Shown here piece by piece: positions 47,999 to 58,900 of a stretch of DNA of 64,000 nt. The stretch spans positions 64,001-128,000 of IMG/VR virus record IMGVR_UViG_3300037692_000137. The stretch is one strand, 5' to 3'. The notes beneath the pieces were generated by a model, which was given only the letters and a program-made list of their open reading frames with translations, was not told where the DNA came from and made no database searches. The number at the start of each line of letters is the position of its first letter. The stretch's first letter is position 1. The stretch comes from a virus (taxonomy: Duplodnaviria; Caudoviricetes). The position numbers were made by a program, and so were the translations under genes.

Positions 47999-48979
47999 TT
48001 ATGAGCTATAGTCTATAAGGTTAATTATATTTTTAACACCATATCTAATAACGGAGTCAACCGAGGAACACCACGCCGTAGGTGTATTATCTGGATCTTG
48101 TTCTTTTAACACTTGTACCTTGGTACCAGAAGTTGTTGTGTAGCTGTGTGATACACCAGTAAAGCCATTTGTGGCTAAAGTAGGTACTGTAAGCGTAGTT
48201 TTTGTAATATCTACCGTGATAGCAGTAAAGTAGTCTGTATTATTACCGTCTGTTATTACTAAGCTATCCCCGTTCTTTACCCCTGTACCCGCGCCGATTA
48301 TCATTGTAGCAGTATCAGCAGTGTAGTTGGAGGCTAATAAAGTCTCACCTACAGTAGTAGAAGCTATATCCTCACTTGTAATAGCCAGATTAAATCCTAA
48401 AAGAACAGAGCAGTCATTTAGTGAGGCCGCGCTCACTTTTACTGCTGACCTATAGTCACCAGTGTAGTATCTACCTATTGTACCAGAAGTTATCCAAAAA
48501 CGACCATCTCTGAATTCTACTGCCGCATTTTTATAAGCCAATTGATATCCGGTATCAGCTGTAACACATGTAATAGCTCTAATTTTAGCTTCAATATCTT
48601 CGGCAACAACGTCGCCACTAATAGATAGACCGTCGTCATCATAATTTAGCGTTACTGTGTAATAACCTGAGCCATCTTCCCCTACAGGTGTATTGTCCAT
48701 CTTTACACGTAGTTTATTATGTGTGGCGTCTAAAGCGAACTTTCCGCTAATGCCAGCTAAACCAGAGGACTTACACCAACCAATATCGAAGTCTGTTATG
48801 TATAGTGCCTGAATGGCTGTATTAACAGTATTATCGCTATAAGCTGATGTCGATATTTTTATAACAAACTGTTCATCACCATCATACCCGATTGGGGTGA
48901 TAGTTGCTTGATCTACGGTTACTCTTTTTATTGTTCCTGGATACTGATCTATATCCTGTGTATCAATTTGAATGGCCAT
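47999..48979 (-). CDS. Virion structural protein
   Basis: 326 aa with AAGGAG RBS; contains a TSGTxG...LGF module also seen in two other structural proteins. Confidence 0.6.
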   Translation of the reverse strand: MAIQIDTQDIDQYPGTIKRVTVDQATITPIGYDGDEQFVIKISTSAYSDNTVNTAIQALYITDFDIGWCKSSGLAGISGKFALDATHNKLRVKMDNTPVGEDGSGYYTVTLNYDDDGLSISGDVVAEDIEAKIRAITCVTADTGYQLAYKNAAVEFRDGRFWITSGTIGRYYTGDYRSAVKVSAASLNDCSVLLGFNLAITSEDIASTTVGETLLASNYTADTATMIIGAGTGVKNGDSLVITDGNNTDYFTAITVDITKTTLTVPTLATNGFTGVSHSYTTTSGTKVQVLKEQDPDNTPTAWCSSVDSVIRYGVKNIINLIDYSS

Positions 48980-49005
48980 GGTAAATTTCTCCTTTTATAA
49001 TAATT

Positions 49006-49892
49006 TCAACACTTTAACTCTGAATAATTACAGCCAGGCAGTTTATGTGCTTTTTTATGGCAGTCTTTACAAAATGTTATACAATTATCAATATCTGCGG
49101 ATTCTATGGGATTGTTGATTACAGGGTCAATGTGGTGACAGTGTAATGCAACCTCAGTTTTTCCGCATTTTTGACAAGTCCAGTTGTCTCTTTCTAGTAC
49201 TAATTTTCTTAGTGCCGGTTGAACTTCACGGGAAGTAGCTGATTTAAACCCTTTTGGGTATGTATGCTGCTTATATATAGAACAAGCATTTTTGCATTGT
49301 TCTGAGCAGTAAAATCGCTGGTCCCCTCTAAGCAACCCAATCTATGATTTATTTCATCTATATTAGGTACAGTTACTTTATTGCAATACTCGCAATGTAC
49401 ACCTAACAGAATAAATCCAGCCTCATGGGGCACTTCCTTTATTTCATGGAAAGGAGCTAACCTTTTCATATAAGTGCTATATAAAGGTAAGCGTATTTTT
49501 CCAATACCCTCTTTCCAAGTTCCGCCGCAGATTCTGCATCTATGCCCTTGCTTCCAACGATCCCAAGTCATGGAATAGGTATGCCCGTTGTTACATATAA
49601 AAAGTAATTTTTGTTTAGCATTAATATATGTTTTTGTAAGTAGTTGGTAGCCCGCTTGCTCAAAAGATTTCTTTACTTCTTTAAAAGCAACTGGAGCGTT
49701 ATGTGCACAGTCTGGGCATCTATATCCAGTAACCCAATTTCCCCAGGTAATACTATTTTTATGCCCAAAAGGACATATGTAATGCATCTTGGTTTTAGCA
49801 TTTATATATGTCTTATCTATAAGGATATATCCCTCAACTTCAAAATTATTACGCACAAAACAATATTCTATTTTTTTAGGCATAGTAATCAC
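49006..49892 (-). pseudogene. Frameshifted zinc-repeat HNH homing endonuclease (ORFs 49892-49209 and 49335-49006)
   Basis: N-terminal ORF has two EGY/AGY...CxxGH...RC repeats; the -1 frame has LERDNWTCQKC...HCHHID...NCITFCKDCH HNH; one extra base in the GGGG run (49326-49323) gives a continuous LEGDQRFYCSEQC. Confidence 0.75.
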
Positions 49893-50221
49893 TTATAAAA
49901 ATAGCTTCTTCCGTTAGTTAGTAAATATGGGCAATTATCGAAAGTACACGCATAGCCCCAGGAATTTCTTCTATCTGGAGACATGTAGTATACTTTACCA
50001 GCATCGTCAGTGTGGTCTACCTTAGTGGGTACAATACCCAGCCTATGAGCACTACGTAAGTCGTCACTTTGTGTAGAGTATGGACAAGGGTTCCATTTAT
50101 TACCTACATGTTGGTCTTTTTTATACTGTGGTAAATTGCCATAGGCAGTGGTACCATGAGTTACTTCCCACAATTCTTGTGCGGTACCACTAAATGTTAA
50201 ACATACAGTGCATCCTGGCAT
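49889..50221 (-). CDS. Hypothetical protein
   Basis: 110 aa ORF in the structural operon. Confidence 0.6.
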   Translation of the reverse strand: MPGCTVCLTFSGTAQELWEVTHGTTAYGNLPQYKKDQHVGNKWNPCPYSTQSDDLRSAHRLGIVPTKVDHTDDAGKVYYMSPDRRNSWGYACTFDNCPYLLTNGRSYFYK

Positions 50222-50223
50222 AA

Positions 50224-50652
50224 TTACCCTCTAAAATTATATAAATTTCCAGCTTCATCTACAACATACGATGTGTAAACAAGGCTAAATGCGTGTCTTG
50301 TATCCTCATGGTTAGAGGTATCTATTAATATAAAATCATTGTGCTTAAATTGTGGTACTCTATTAAGTTCCGTATCATGTGATATTTTGGCTTCTTTAAG
50401 GGTTACTGTATTATCTTTATTGTATACTACATCACCCCAAGACATCTTGGCCACGTAAATGTTTTTTACAAATAATAGGTACTGTTTATAAAAGTCCAAC
50501 TTGATAAACTCATTGGGGTTAATTTTGTTAGCTATGCTTAAAGCAGGACCAGATAATCGAGCGTTAACCAATAAGCATTCGCCATCAGTTTTGTATAAAA
50601 CTTTATCCCATGATAATTCCAATGTATATTTCTCTGCAATACTAAATTTCAT
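50224..50652 (-). CDS. Hypothetical protein
   Basis: 142 aa ORF with GAGG RBS. Confidence 0.65.
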   Translation of the reverse strand: MKFSIAEKYTLELSWDKVLYKTDGECLLVNARLSGPALSIANKINPNEFIKLDFYKQYLLFVKNIYVAKMSWGDVVYNKDNTVTLKEAKISHDTELNRVPQFKHNDFILIDTSNHEDTRHAFSLVYTSYVVDEAGNLYNFRG

Positions 50653-50666
50653 TTAAGCCTCTTTAA

Positions 50667-51344
50667 TTATATCCATAATGGTGTAAAAGTTATGTTAGCA
50701 CTACCAGAACAAATATCGCCAGCGCCGGCAGAGGGGTTACCAACAGCAGTAACTACCCCAGTAAAGCTTCTATCCGCAGTACCTTGTTGGCCGGCGGATA
50801 CACTACCGGTCATGCTCTCCAACACACTGGCCATATCAAAAGTTACGCCCACTATACTTCCATTCGGCACACCAAAAGCCACATTAGCTGAACCCTCTGT
50901 AATACCTCGTAGGAGTACAGTTGGTGCGGGAGACTCAGTTGGGTTAGACCCAGCTACCCACCTAGTTAGTCCCCATGTTTCTTGGCCAATCATTTGTGGA
51001 TCTGACTTATTGTAGCTGTAGCTTGTTAACTGCCAATCATTGTAAGAAAAACTAGTAACCTCAACGTCACAAGAAGCGGGGTTAACACCAGCTGTAATAC
51101 CTGCAGGAGTACTACAACTTGTACTCGGCGTGACGCTGTAGGGGCCTATGCCGGAACCCCCTGGTGGGCTATATACAGTAACAGTTAAAGTTTCTGTTGG
51201 TTTTTCCATAGTTCTATAAGCAGAAAAACTACCCAAACAGTATAACCTTTGTGTATTAGGGTTAACCCCCCATTGTGCAGATACACCGCAGGCACTAGAA
51301 AAAATACCTGTAATGTCTGTGCCAAAACCTATTATAACACCCAT
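50667..51344 (-). CDS. Tail tube-like or tube-associated protein (tentative)
   Basis: 225 aa, G/S/T-rich beta-strand pattern (WQLTSYSY...ETW), AAGGAGG RBS, located in the tail gene block. Confidence 0.4.
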   Translation of the reverse strand: MGVIIGFGTDITGIFSSACGVSAQWGVNPNTQRLYCLGSFSAYRTMEKPTETLTVTVYSPPGGSGIGPYSVTPSTSCSTPAGITAGVNPASCDVEVTSFSYNDWQLTSYSYNKSDPQMIGQETWGLTRWVAGSNPTESPAPTVLLRGITEGSANVAFGVPNGSIVGVTFDMASVLESMTGSVSAGQQGTADRSFTGVVTAVGNPSAGAGDICSGSANITFTPLWI

Positions 51345-51382
51345 AAACTACCTCCTTATTACTTACTTTTACAAAGGTTACT

Positions 51383-51589
51383 TTATTTTAATCTTTCTAA
51401 ACAATTAAGATGCAACACATAGTCACAGGCATAACGTGTAGCGCAGTCTTTACAAAATCTACGCTTATACACTTCTAACCTAGCTTTTATTTGTCTATCT
51501 GTAAGATACTTATAACCATCAGTAATACTTTTACTTTTTTCAATATCAGTTTCTTTACTATGTCTTCTACCACAAGCACCACAAGCCAT
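51383..51589 (-). CDS. Small Cys-rich protein
   Basis: CGAC, CKDC and two further cysteines; 68 aa. Confidence 0.6.
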   Translation of the reverse strand: MACGACGRRHSKETDIEKSKSITDGYKYLTDRQIKARLEVYKRRFCKDCATRYACDYVLHLNCLERLK

Positions 51590-51840
51590 TATATAAAACC
51601 CCCATCAGTAGTTGTTATTAGTGTCACATGGTTTTCATTAAATCCTTCTGTATCAACTATTGGATTAGTATCTATTGATGCCACGTAACCTGTAAAAGTT
51701 TGGTCGGCGGCATCTATTGGATGCCAATAACGCATACCAGGATAATTAGATATTAAAGTATAAGACACAGTAGCTATACCCATTATATCATAACTTATAG
51801 ATAAAGTGGTACAATCTATGAATTCAATATATTCAGCCAT
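51589..51840 (-). CDS. Hypothetical tail-associated protein
   Basis: 83 aa, coupled to neighbours. Confidence 0.55.
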   Translation of the reverse strand: MAEYIEFIDCTTLSISYDIMGIATVSYTLISNYPGMRYWHPIDAADQTFTGYVASIDTNPIVDTEGFNENHVTLITTTDGGFI

Positions 51841-51843
51841 AAC

Positions 51844-52167
51844 TTAAAAATCCCCTATATTACCTGTAATTACTTCCTCTTCTTCTACATACTCGGAGTT
51901 AAACGAGGTCTTTCCCGAGAAAACAGAGCCACTTCTATCATTTAATCTACTAAAACTAGCCGAGGTAAATTCACCAAACTGGCCTCTAAAATCCTCACTT
52001 TCTGGCAAGTACTCTGTGTACAAATAGGTATTATTTTGTGTTTTTTCGGCCATGAAGGTATGAACATAAAAAGCCCCTGCACCTTGTTCTCCCTTAGACA
52101 TTGGTGATCCACTTCGTAGTTTATATGTATAGCCTGTGTATTTAACTGTACTAGCGCCGTCTTTCAT
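51844..52167 (-). CDS. Hypothetical tail-associated protein
   Basis: 107 aa with AAGGAG RBS. Confidence 0.55.
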   Translation of the reverse strand: MKDGASTVKYTGYTYKLRSGSPMSKGEQGAGAFYVHTFMAEKTQNNTYLYTEYLPESEDFRGQFGEFTSASFSRLNDRSGSVFSGKTSFNSEYVEEEEVITGNIGDF

Positions 52168-52179
52168 AATAAATACTCC

Positions 52180-52803
52180 TTAAGTATCATATTTTACAAA
52201 TTTCACATCGCTCGAACTACCAGAAAAATTATTAGCGTAAACAAATTCATAGTTAGCTGTAGGTAGCTGTCCTGGTTGAAATTGTGCTGAAAAACTTTGT
52301 AAATTTAAACTACCATAATCAGCTATACCTGTATCTATAGTTAAAGAGTTGCTGTTGTTTGTATTAAAAGACCAGGGATCTCCTATATATCTTAAACCAT
52401 AGCCGTCATTCTGTATTTCATCTTCATATATAGACGCTGGTCCAGAAGACGCTGAGGCGTTAATAGTTCTATACGAGACTGCTGGTAGATTAAGAAAACC
52501 TAATTCTTCTACATCCCCAGCTATACTGGCCTGACCTTCACCTTGATATAAAAAGTATATAATATCCTTATCGCAATTGTACTTTCTTAACCATGGGATA
52601 GATACGTTAATCCTACCAGGACAACCTATATGTGTATTATTATTTATGTACGCAGATATAGACACAACACCTATAGTAGGACCAATTACTAAGTTACCGG
52701 CTACTTTAGATACCTCTGTATTTATCCTAGAACTAATAGATATAAGACATCGATCTAGTCCTGGAAAAGCTCCAACTAGTTTACAACAAGTACTATCAGC
52801 CAT
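52180..52803 (-). CDS. Tail-associated protein (tube-like fold tentative)
   Basis: 207 aa; LQSFSAQFQPGQLPTANYEF beta pattern. Confidence 0.4.
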   Translation of the reverse strand: MADSTCCKLVGAFPGLDRCLISISSRINTEVSKVAGNLVIGPTIGVVSISAYINNNTHIGCPGRINVSIPWLRKYNCDKDIIYFLYQGEGQASIAGDVEELGFLNLPAVSYRTINASASSGPASIYEDEIQNDGYGLRYIGDPWSFNTNNSNSLTIDTGIADYGSLNLQSFSAQFQPGQLPTANYEFVYANNFSGSSSDVKFVKYDT

Positions 52804-53210
52804 TATGGATTCTCCGCCGTAGGTGCTGGTGTATAATCGGTAAAGTAAGTACCATATGCCGGACCGCCCTGAGAAATAGATGAGTGATCGTGTATTGGTA
52901 CCGCTACTATATTTACAATGTATGTATTAGCATCATTTAATGCAAAGAAATAAACCCTATTGGGGTACGGCTTATTATGTGTATATCTAACACTCGTCTC
53001 ATCGTAAGTTACTGGTGTGATTTCTCCAACAGCTGCGTTCTCTACAACAAAACCCCTTATAGGTAGTTTTTTCTCACCTGTCATAGTTACCTCTCTAAAT
53101 TCAGGAAATAACCCGTTTGGGTGATATTGGGTCTCAGTAACTGCGGGTATTTTAAGATCTATGTACATACCTGGAGTTAAACTAGTGGATATTAGATTAA
53201 CAGTAGACAT
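52803..53210 (-). CDS. Hypothetical tail-associated protein
   Basis: 135 aa with GGAG RBS. Confidence 0.55.
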   Translation of the reverse strand: MSTVNLISTSLTPGMYIDLKIPAVTETQYHPNGLFPEFREVTMTGEKKLPIRGFVVENAAVGEITPVTYDETSVRYTHNKPYPNRVYFFALNDANTYIVNIVAVPIHDHSSISQGGPAYGTYFTDYTPAPTAENP

Positions 53211-53803
53211 TATTCTACTCCTGAATTAGTAATTGTAGAGTCAGTGTAGCCAATAGTAGCTTCCATATTAACACTGGGTATATCTCTGTCAGCAGACATT
53301 TTAGCAGGATTATCCTTAGTTGTTAATGTTTGTGTGTTTTCTTCTATTAATCCATCTTTTGTAGGAATTAATCTAGGTTCTTGTGGTGCATATTTTAAGC
53401 GGCTACTTTTAAGTCCATCACGTACAGATGTAATGATGGCCCAAGCAGAATCGGAATAAGTTTGTCTTCTAGTAAAACGTTTATTATCCAATCTATATAA
53501 AACATCCGTACCACTTACATTTAACATTAAATAGGCAGGGTCATCCCATACAGGGGAGGGGACTACTTTTTTTATAAAGCCGGTAAATATTAGTGGCATA
53601 TTATCTTGTGTACCGGCATATATTGCTACTTCACCGGTTACTGAGCTTAAATCCTCACCTAATACTTTTAGTGACGCATTAAAAGTAGACGCAGCCCCTC
53701 TACTTTTATTAACACTAAAAGACTGTATATAAGGTGTTACTATTTCCAACTCAGTTTCCTTACAAACTATCTTAGCCCTAATATGGATTAAATCAATGGC
53801 CAT
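53210..53803 (-). CDS. Baseplate hub or tail-tip-like protein
   Basis: YIQSFSVNKSR...IFTGFIKKV...VSGTDVLYRL resembles the hub (gp27/gp44-like) N-terminal domain; second gene downstream of the tape measure. Confidence 0.5.
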   Translation of the reverse strand: MAIDLIHIRAKIVCKETELEIVTPYIQSFSVNKSRGAASTFNASLKVLGEDLSSVTGEVAIYAGTQDNMPLIFTGFIKKVVPSPVWDDPAYLMLNVSGTDVLYRLDNKRFTRRQTYSDSAWAIITSVRDGLKSSRLKYAPQEPRLIPTKDGLIEENTQTLTTKDNPAKMSADRDIPSVNMEATIGYTDSTITNSGVE

Positions 53804-53814
53804 TTATAATCTCC

Positions 53815-55989
53815 TTATGATTCCATAGGAACATTGTTTATTTTTACAGATACTTCGTCCCCAACTCTTATAATATCAGATACAGCGCTATAAGCTGTTA
53901 CAACACCTATCCCAGACACTAAAACTTTGTATCTAAGACAATTACCCTCATCTTGCACTACCACACCATTTTCTGTAACAGCTTCCACTTGTTTTGTATA
54001 CTGGCCTCCGGTTACACCTGATATTAAGCCAGTGTTAGGTATATATGGACCTTCCGTTACGGATATTGTGTAGGAACCCATATCAGTGTAAGAGTATGTT
54101 ATACTGTTAACTATACCGCCCTGCAGCCCAGTACCGCCCAGCTGAGGATCACAGTTAGGGCCACAAACATAATTTATTTCTAAGGCTTTATCTCTATTAA
54201 GTATCTCTTTTAGTCTGTAAGAAAAATCAATAGTTTCTTGCTCTGTTAACGTGGCCATATTGGTCTCAAATAGTTGAGTTCCATTTAATGCCCGCATTTT
54301 TAGTTCATAGTCGCTGTCTTGTAAAGCTTGTACTGTTGTTGGGTCTGAGTCCACTATAGCAGAGGCTTGATCCACTAGTTCACCATTGATAGCCATTGGG
54401 GCTGGATCATCTACAGTGACAAGTGGGGCTATCTCTAAACGTAAATCCTGTGCTATCTCTAATGCGCGACCATGTGGATCAAATATCTCTACCGAAGGGA
54501 TGTTTAGGTCAATTTGTGCCCAAAGTTGTTGCACCAAGTAACCCGCACCTTCTTTTGGTATTAAGGTGCCTTTACCTATACCAGGATCTAAGTTTGGCTC
54601 ATTGGCTAAAATGCAGTTAGGGTGTATTTTGAAAGAAACGTCTGTGCCATATGTACCCCAGTCGTAAGCATGTGCGTTATTAATTACCTGTATACATAAT
54701 TGCCCTGTATCAATATTATAGCCTATACCGTAATCTATACCTTCTTCTAATACATAGGCTTTTGGGGTTAAGTCGTTAGCTATTACAAAAACTTCTGTTT
54801 GTTTTAATAGCTCTAATTTTTCTTCGTCGTTCTGAGCCTTTAAAAAGTTAGCTACTACTTCGTCATTTTTAGGAAATGACTTGCACATAGATAACTCTTG
54901 GCCAACTACAAATATTTTAGAGACTCTAATTAAATTGTCTGTTTGCACATTTCTAACAGTGGTGTATCTTAAGCTGTTCGGTAAACTAACAGGTATTGTT
55001 TCAGTACCGTCACAACTTATTTCGTAGCTTAAACCTTCATAACAACTATTTTCAGGCGTGGCTTGTGGTAGAAGACCAACCCACACATCGCGTTTCTTTA
55101 GCGTGCCTATGTTAACTGAGTTATCGTTTACGGGGGTAGCTCTTGCACTGATTACACCTTTGGGGCCGGCAAGTAGATAAGGTACAGATGATTGTTGTTT
55201 AACAGTTACTTTTGTAAGCCTATCAACCTTTGGCCCTGGATCTAAATACCATAACCAGCCAATGACTTTTTCCCAAACAGACTGTACTTCATACACACTT
55301 TCTACACCGTCATTTACTGCCCAAGCATTTAAGTTGGGATCTTTAAATGTTACAACCGCGTGCCTTTTATATGTTGTTAATGGACAGTCACCAGCTATTT
55401 GGTTAGTATCCCAAATTAAAGCTTGTGCTAAACTATATTCAGATTCTTCTATGGACATACCATCTTCAGAATTAACTGTTTGCACATTATATAGTAGATT
55501 CACCCAATCACGCACTTCTCTTCTTGATCTGGGTTTTTTACCTGTAACCTTAACACTTATTTCAGGGATATCAAATGTAGTGGATACCACGCTTGTGTAT
55601 ATATCAGCTATACCGCCAGACATAGATCCTACTTCTATTATACTTGCAGTTCCTTCAGGTGTTACTACAAGCTCTAATGGGCTACTATAAAGCCCTTTAG
55701 CAAAAGGCTCTATTAGGGACATTTTTATGGCAGACACTGCGTCCACATCTTTAATATCAATACCCATAAGTTCCCCGCTAGGATCGGCAGCCATATCTGA
55801 AGGTATACCGAACGTACCAAGGATAGTACCTACTAAAGGGCCAGTACTTTGTTGTGACATTAAGTCAGCTAGTTCCTGATCTAATCCATCATAATTAACT
55901 GGTAAACCGTTAATCATGTGATAGTTAGTCCAGGTACCGTCCGCCTTTTGATGCACATCATTGGGTATTCTGTATTCAGTAAGTGCCAT
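53815..55989 (-). CDS. Baseplate hub or tail-tip-like protein with C-terminal OB-like region
   Basis: 724 aa directly after the tape measure; GIVNSITYSY...TISVTEG and IRVGDEVSVKI end motifs. Confidence 0.45.
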   Translation of the reverse strand: MALTEYRIPNDVHQKADGTWTNYHMINGLPVNYDGLDQELADLMSQQSTGPLVGTILGTFGIPSDMAADPSGELMGIDIKDVDAVSAIKMSLIEPFAKGLYSSPLELVVTPEGTASIIEVGSMSGGIADIYTSVVSTTFDIPEISVKVTGKKPRSRREVRDWVNLLYNVQTVNSEDGMSIEESEYSLAQALIWDTNQIAGDCPLTTYKRHAVVTFKDPNLNAWAVNDGVESVYEVQSVWEKVIGWLWYLDPGPKVDRLTKVTVKQQSSVPYLLAGPKGVISARATPVNDNSVNIGTLKKRDVWVGLLPQATPENSCYEGLSYEISCDGTETIPVSLPNSLRYTTVRNVQTDNLIRVSKIFVVGQELSMCKSFPKNDEVVANFLKAQNDEEKLELLKQTEVFVIANDLTPKAYVLEEGIDYGIGYNIDTGQLCIQVINNAHAYDWGTYGTDVSFKIHPNCILANEPNLDPGIGKGTLIPKEGAGYLVQQLWAQIDLNIPSVEIFDPHGRALEIAQDLRLEIAPLVTVDDPAPMAINGELVDQASAIVDSDPTTVQALQDSDYELKMRALNGTQLFETNMATLTEQETIDFSYRLKEILNRDKALEINYVCGPNCDPQLGGTGLQGGIVNSITYSYTDMGSYTISVTEGPYIPNTGLISGVTGGQYTKQVEAVTENGVVVQDEGNCLRYKVLVSGIGVVTAYSAVSDIIRVGDEVSVKINNVPMES

Positions 55990-55993
55990 CTAT

Positions 55994-58900
55994 TTAACCT
56001 ATATTCCTGTTAGCATACACTAGAGTCATTAAACGTTTTAATTGCCCATCAATTGATGTAAGCTCAAACTTTAATTTACTAATGTCTGTCCGTTGCCTAT
56101 TTATATAAGAGTCTATTAATTTTGAGTTGTTATTCAAAATATCTTTTTTAACTTCAGCTATACGTACATTTATTTCAGCCTGTACGTCCTTTCCAAAAGA
56201 CTCCTGTAAATTAGTAATTTTAGAGTCTATTATGTGTATTTGTTCATCAGTTTGTTCTTTAACAAAAGCTATGCTTTCCAGGGCTGTATCTAAAACAGTA
56301 CTATCCGCACCTACAGACTTAGTATTATTTATGGAGTCTGCTAAATTCTTAAACATGGCCTCTAAATTGGAAGTATCCAGTTTAACATTAGAAGAGTCCA
56401 AAGATATTTTATCTGGTATACTACTTATTACAGAAGTTAGTTTATCAGTAATACCGTTATCATCCAGTTTAACATCAAACACTTTGTCTTCTACTTTTAA
56501 GGGGGCTATATCAGCTAACTTTAATTCTTTGTCCTCTACGCGTAGTACTCTATCTTCTACTTGTAATTTTTTACTTTCATCCCAGGTTAGTACCACACTT
56601 TTCTGTTGCGCATTAGTAATAGTATTGGTGGTAAGTTCATTATTAACAAGCCCACCGTCCGCAAAGCGCCTTGGTAAAACCACTTCACCTTTCTCAAGGT
56701 AATGAGGTCCGGTAGATCTAGTAACGCCGCCGTCATGCATAATAGGCATGAATCTCCCACCTTCAGATTTCTTATTATCTTTAAAAGTGTCGCTTAAAAG
56801 ATTACTAGTTTTATCTAGGGAGCGGGCTTTAAAATAATCATCTATCATAGTTTTAATACGCGTTGGATTACCTTCGCTAATACCTTTAGCAGCTAAAGCT
56901 CTAAACTCATTTTCTGTTAATAAGCCCGCTAGTTCTTTTGGCACACTTTGTTTGGATACCACATTGCTTACGTAGTTCCAAAATTTGCCCATGTCGGTTG
57001 CACTAATATCAGCGCCAGCCATAGGCAGCATTGAATTTAACTGCCCTGCCGCATCTAACTCTATACCTCTGCCTATAGTGGATGTTAATGCTACACGCTC
57101 ACCTGCTCCCGCCAAAACTTGCCTTAGTGATCTTAGTGCTGGGCTGTCCTGTAATGTACTACCAGAAGCTACCAAATCATCAAACCTATTTAAGGATTGT
57201 CTTGCTTGCCATACGTATTCCTCTGGAAGATAACCAGGATTAGCTTTACCAGATTTTTTATCGGTACCATGGGATAACGCGTTACGCATAATAGTTGGAT
57301 CTTCCAGATAATTCCTAAGTTGTTCTACTTCTGTATAAGCAGGCCCTACTGCCGCAGTCATGCTAGACATTTTGGCGCCTTTATCTAAATAATTGGGTGT
57401 AAAAGTCATGGTATTTGTTTGCTCTTCAGTACCTATATCTTTTACTGCCAATCGTCTAACATTCTCCTTTATGTCACGTGTGGCAGTAAAATACTCTTCA
57501 GCTGCACCAACCCTACCGGCGCCATAGGAATCTCCAAAAGCAGTTTTTCTTTCTACCATTTGGGCCATAAGTTGCTGCTCTTCAGGAGATACTCTTGAAG
57601 TAGTATTGCCTAGTAACGCCTTGGTTTGTGTGCCTTTTCTTAGTTGTTCTTCCTCATTTAAAACAGAGGCTCTTGCTTTAGCCAGAGTTAATATCCCCTG
57701 TGTATCAGAGGGGCTAAAAGAAGTTACTTTTTCAGGTGGAACGTACCTTTCCCATGGCTCCCATTCACCTGTTACTGGATTAAATTTAGTAAGTGTTTTT
57801 TCTCCTGACAGCATCCTATATTTAGGAACGTCACCGCCATCCGCCATACCTGTTTCTTTCATGGCTGCTTCTAACTGTTTTTTATGCATGTAGATAGCAT
57901 CTTGTGCTCCAGGGGCAGAGAATACATCCGCCTGGTCATCGAACTTCTTTTTGTCCTCTTTTTTAGCCTTAGTATCATCCGTAATTACGCTATACATTGC
58001 TGCTCTAAGTCTATCCACAACACTACCACCATCAGCAAAACGCGCTAAGTCCTCTTTATCAGGGTCTTTGCCGGCCGCCTCTTTCATTGCCCGTCGGCGA
58101 GCGTCTAGCTGGGTTTTACCCTTAGCCTCTTCTGGTACAGAGGTTAACCAAGAGTAAAATACTTTTCTAGCTTCTGAGGCTATACCACCATCAGCAAAAC
58201 GGGATAAATCCTTTTTATCAGGGTCTTTGCCGGCAGCCTCTTTAAAGGCACGGCGGCGGGCGTCTAGCTGGGTTTTACCTTCATCCTCTTTAGGCACTGA
58301 TGTTAGCCAGGAGTAAAAAGCCTTTCTAGCATCAGAGGCTATACCACCATCAGCAAAACGGGATAAATCTTTTTTATCCGGATCTTGCTCTATAGCCTTT
58401 CTTAATTCGTGCCTCTTAATATCCAGTGGTTTTTCATCCTCGGTTCTAGGTTTAGGGACATCGGTAAGCCAACTATAAAAGCCTTTACGTAGACTAGCTG
58501 TGATACTACCACCTTCCGCTAATACAGGTATAGTTCCTTTCTTATTCATATGGTCTAGTGTGTCATAACCCAGTTTCTGAGCGGCGTGGGCGCGTATCAC
58601 GTATTCCCCTGGACTAAGCATAGCTGGAACTTTGTCCTCTCTTGGACCGCCAGGGCCAGTAATGTGACCACCAGCGGCTTTCCCAATGGTAGTAGTAGGT
58701 ACAGACTCAGCGGGGTTTTCACCTAAGGCTTTATTTAATTCTTGCAGTTGTGTTGTATTATTGTAAAGCGCTTTTATCTGTGCGTCAAAATATTTATCAT
58801 CACCTAAATGTAGATTCTCTAAATCAGGTAAATTCAAGGAGGGTTTTTCAAAAACATTGCCACTAGCTGCAGACTCCTTCTCTGCTTTAGTAAGTAAATC

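Noticed and set aside
58026-58520. Direct repeats as a CRISPR array or DGR template/variable repeat pair
   Set aside because: The repeats are in-frame coding units with no unique spacers, differences are not adenine-specific, and no reverse transcriptase is in the window
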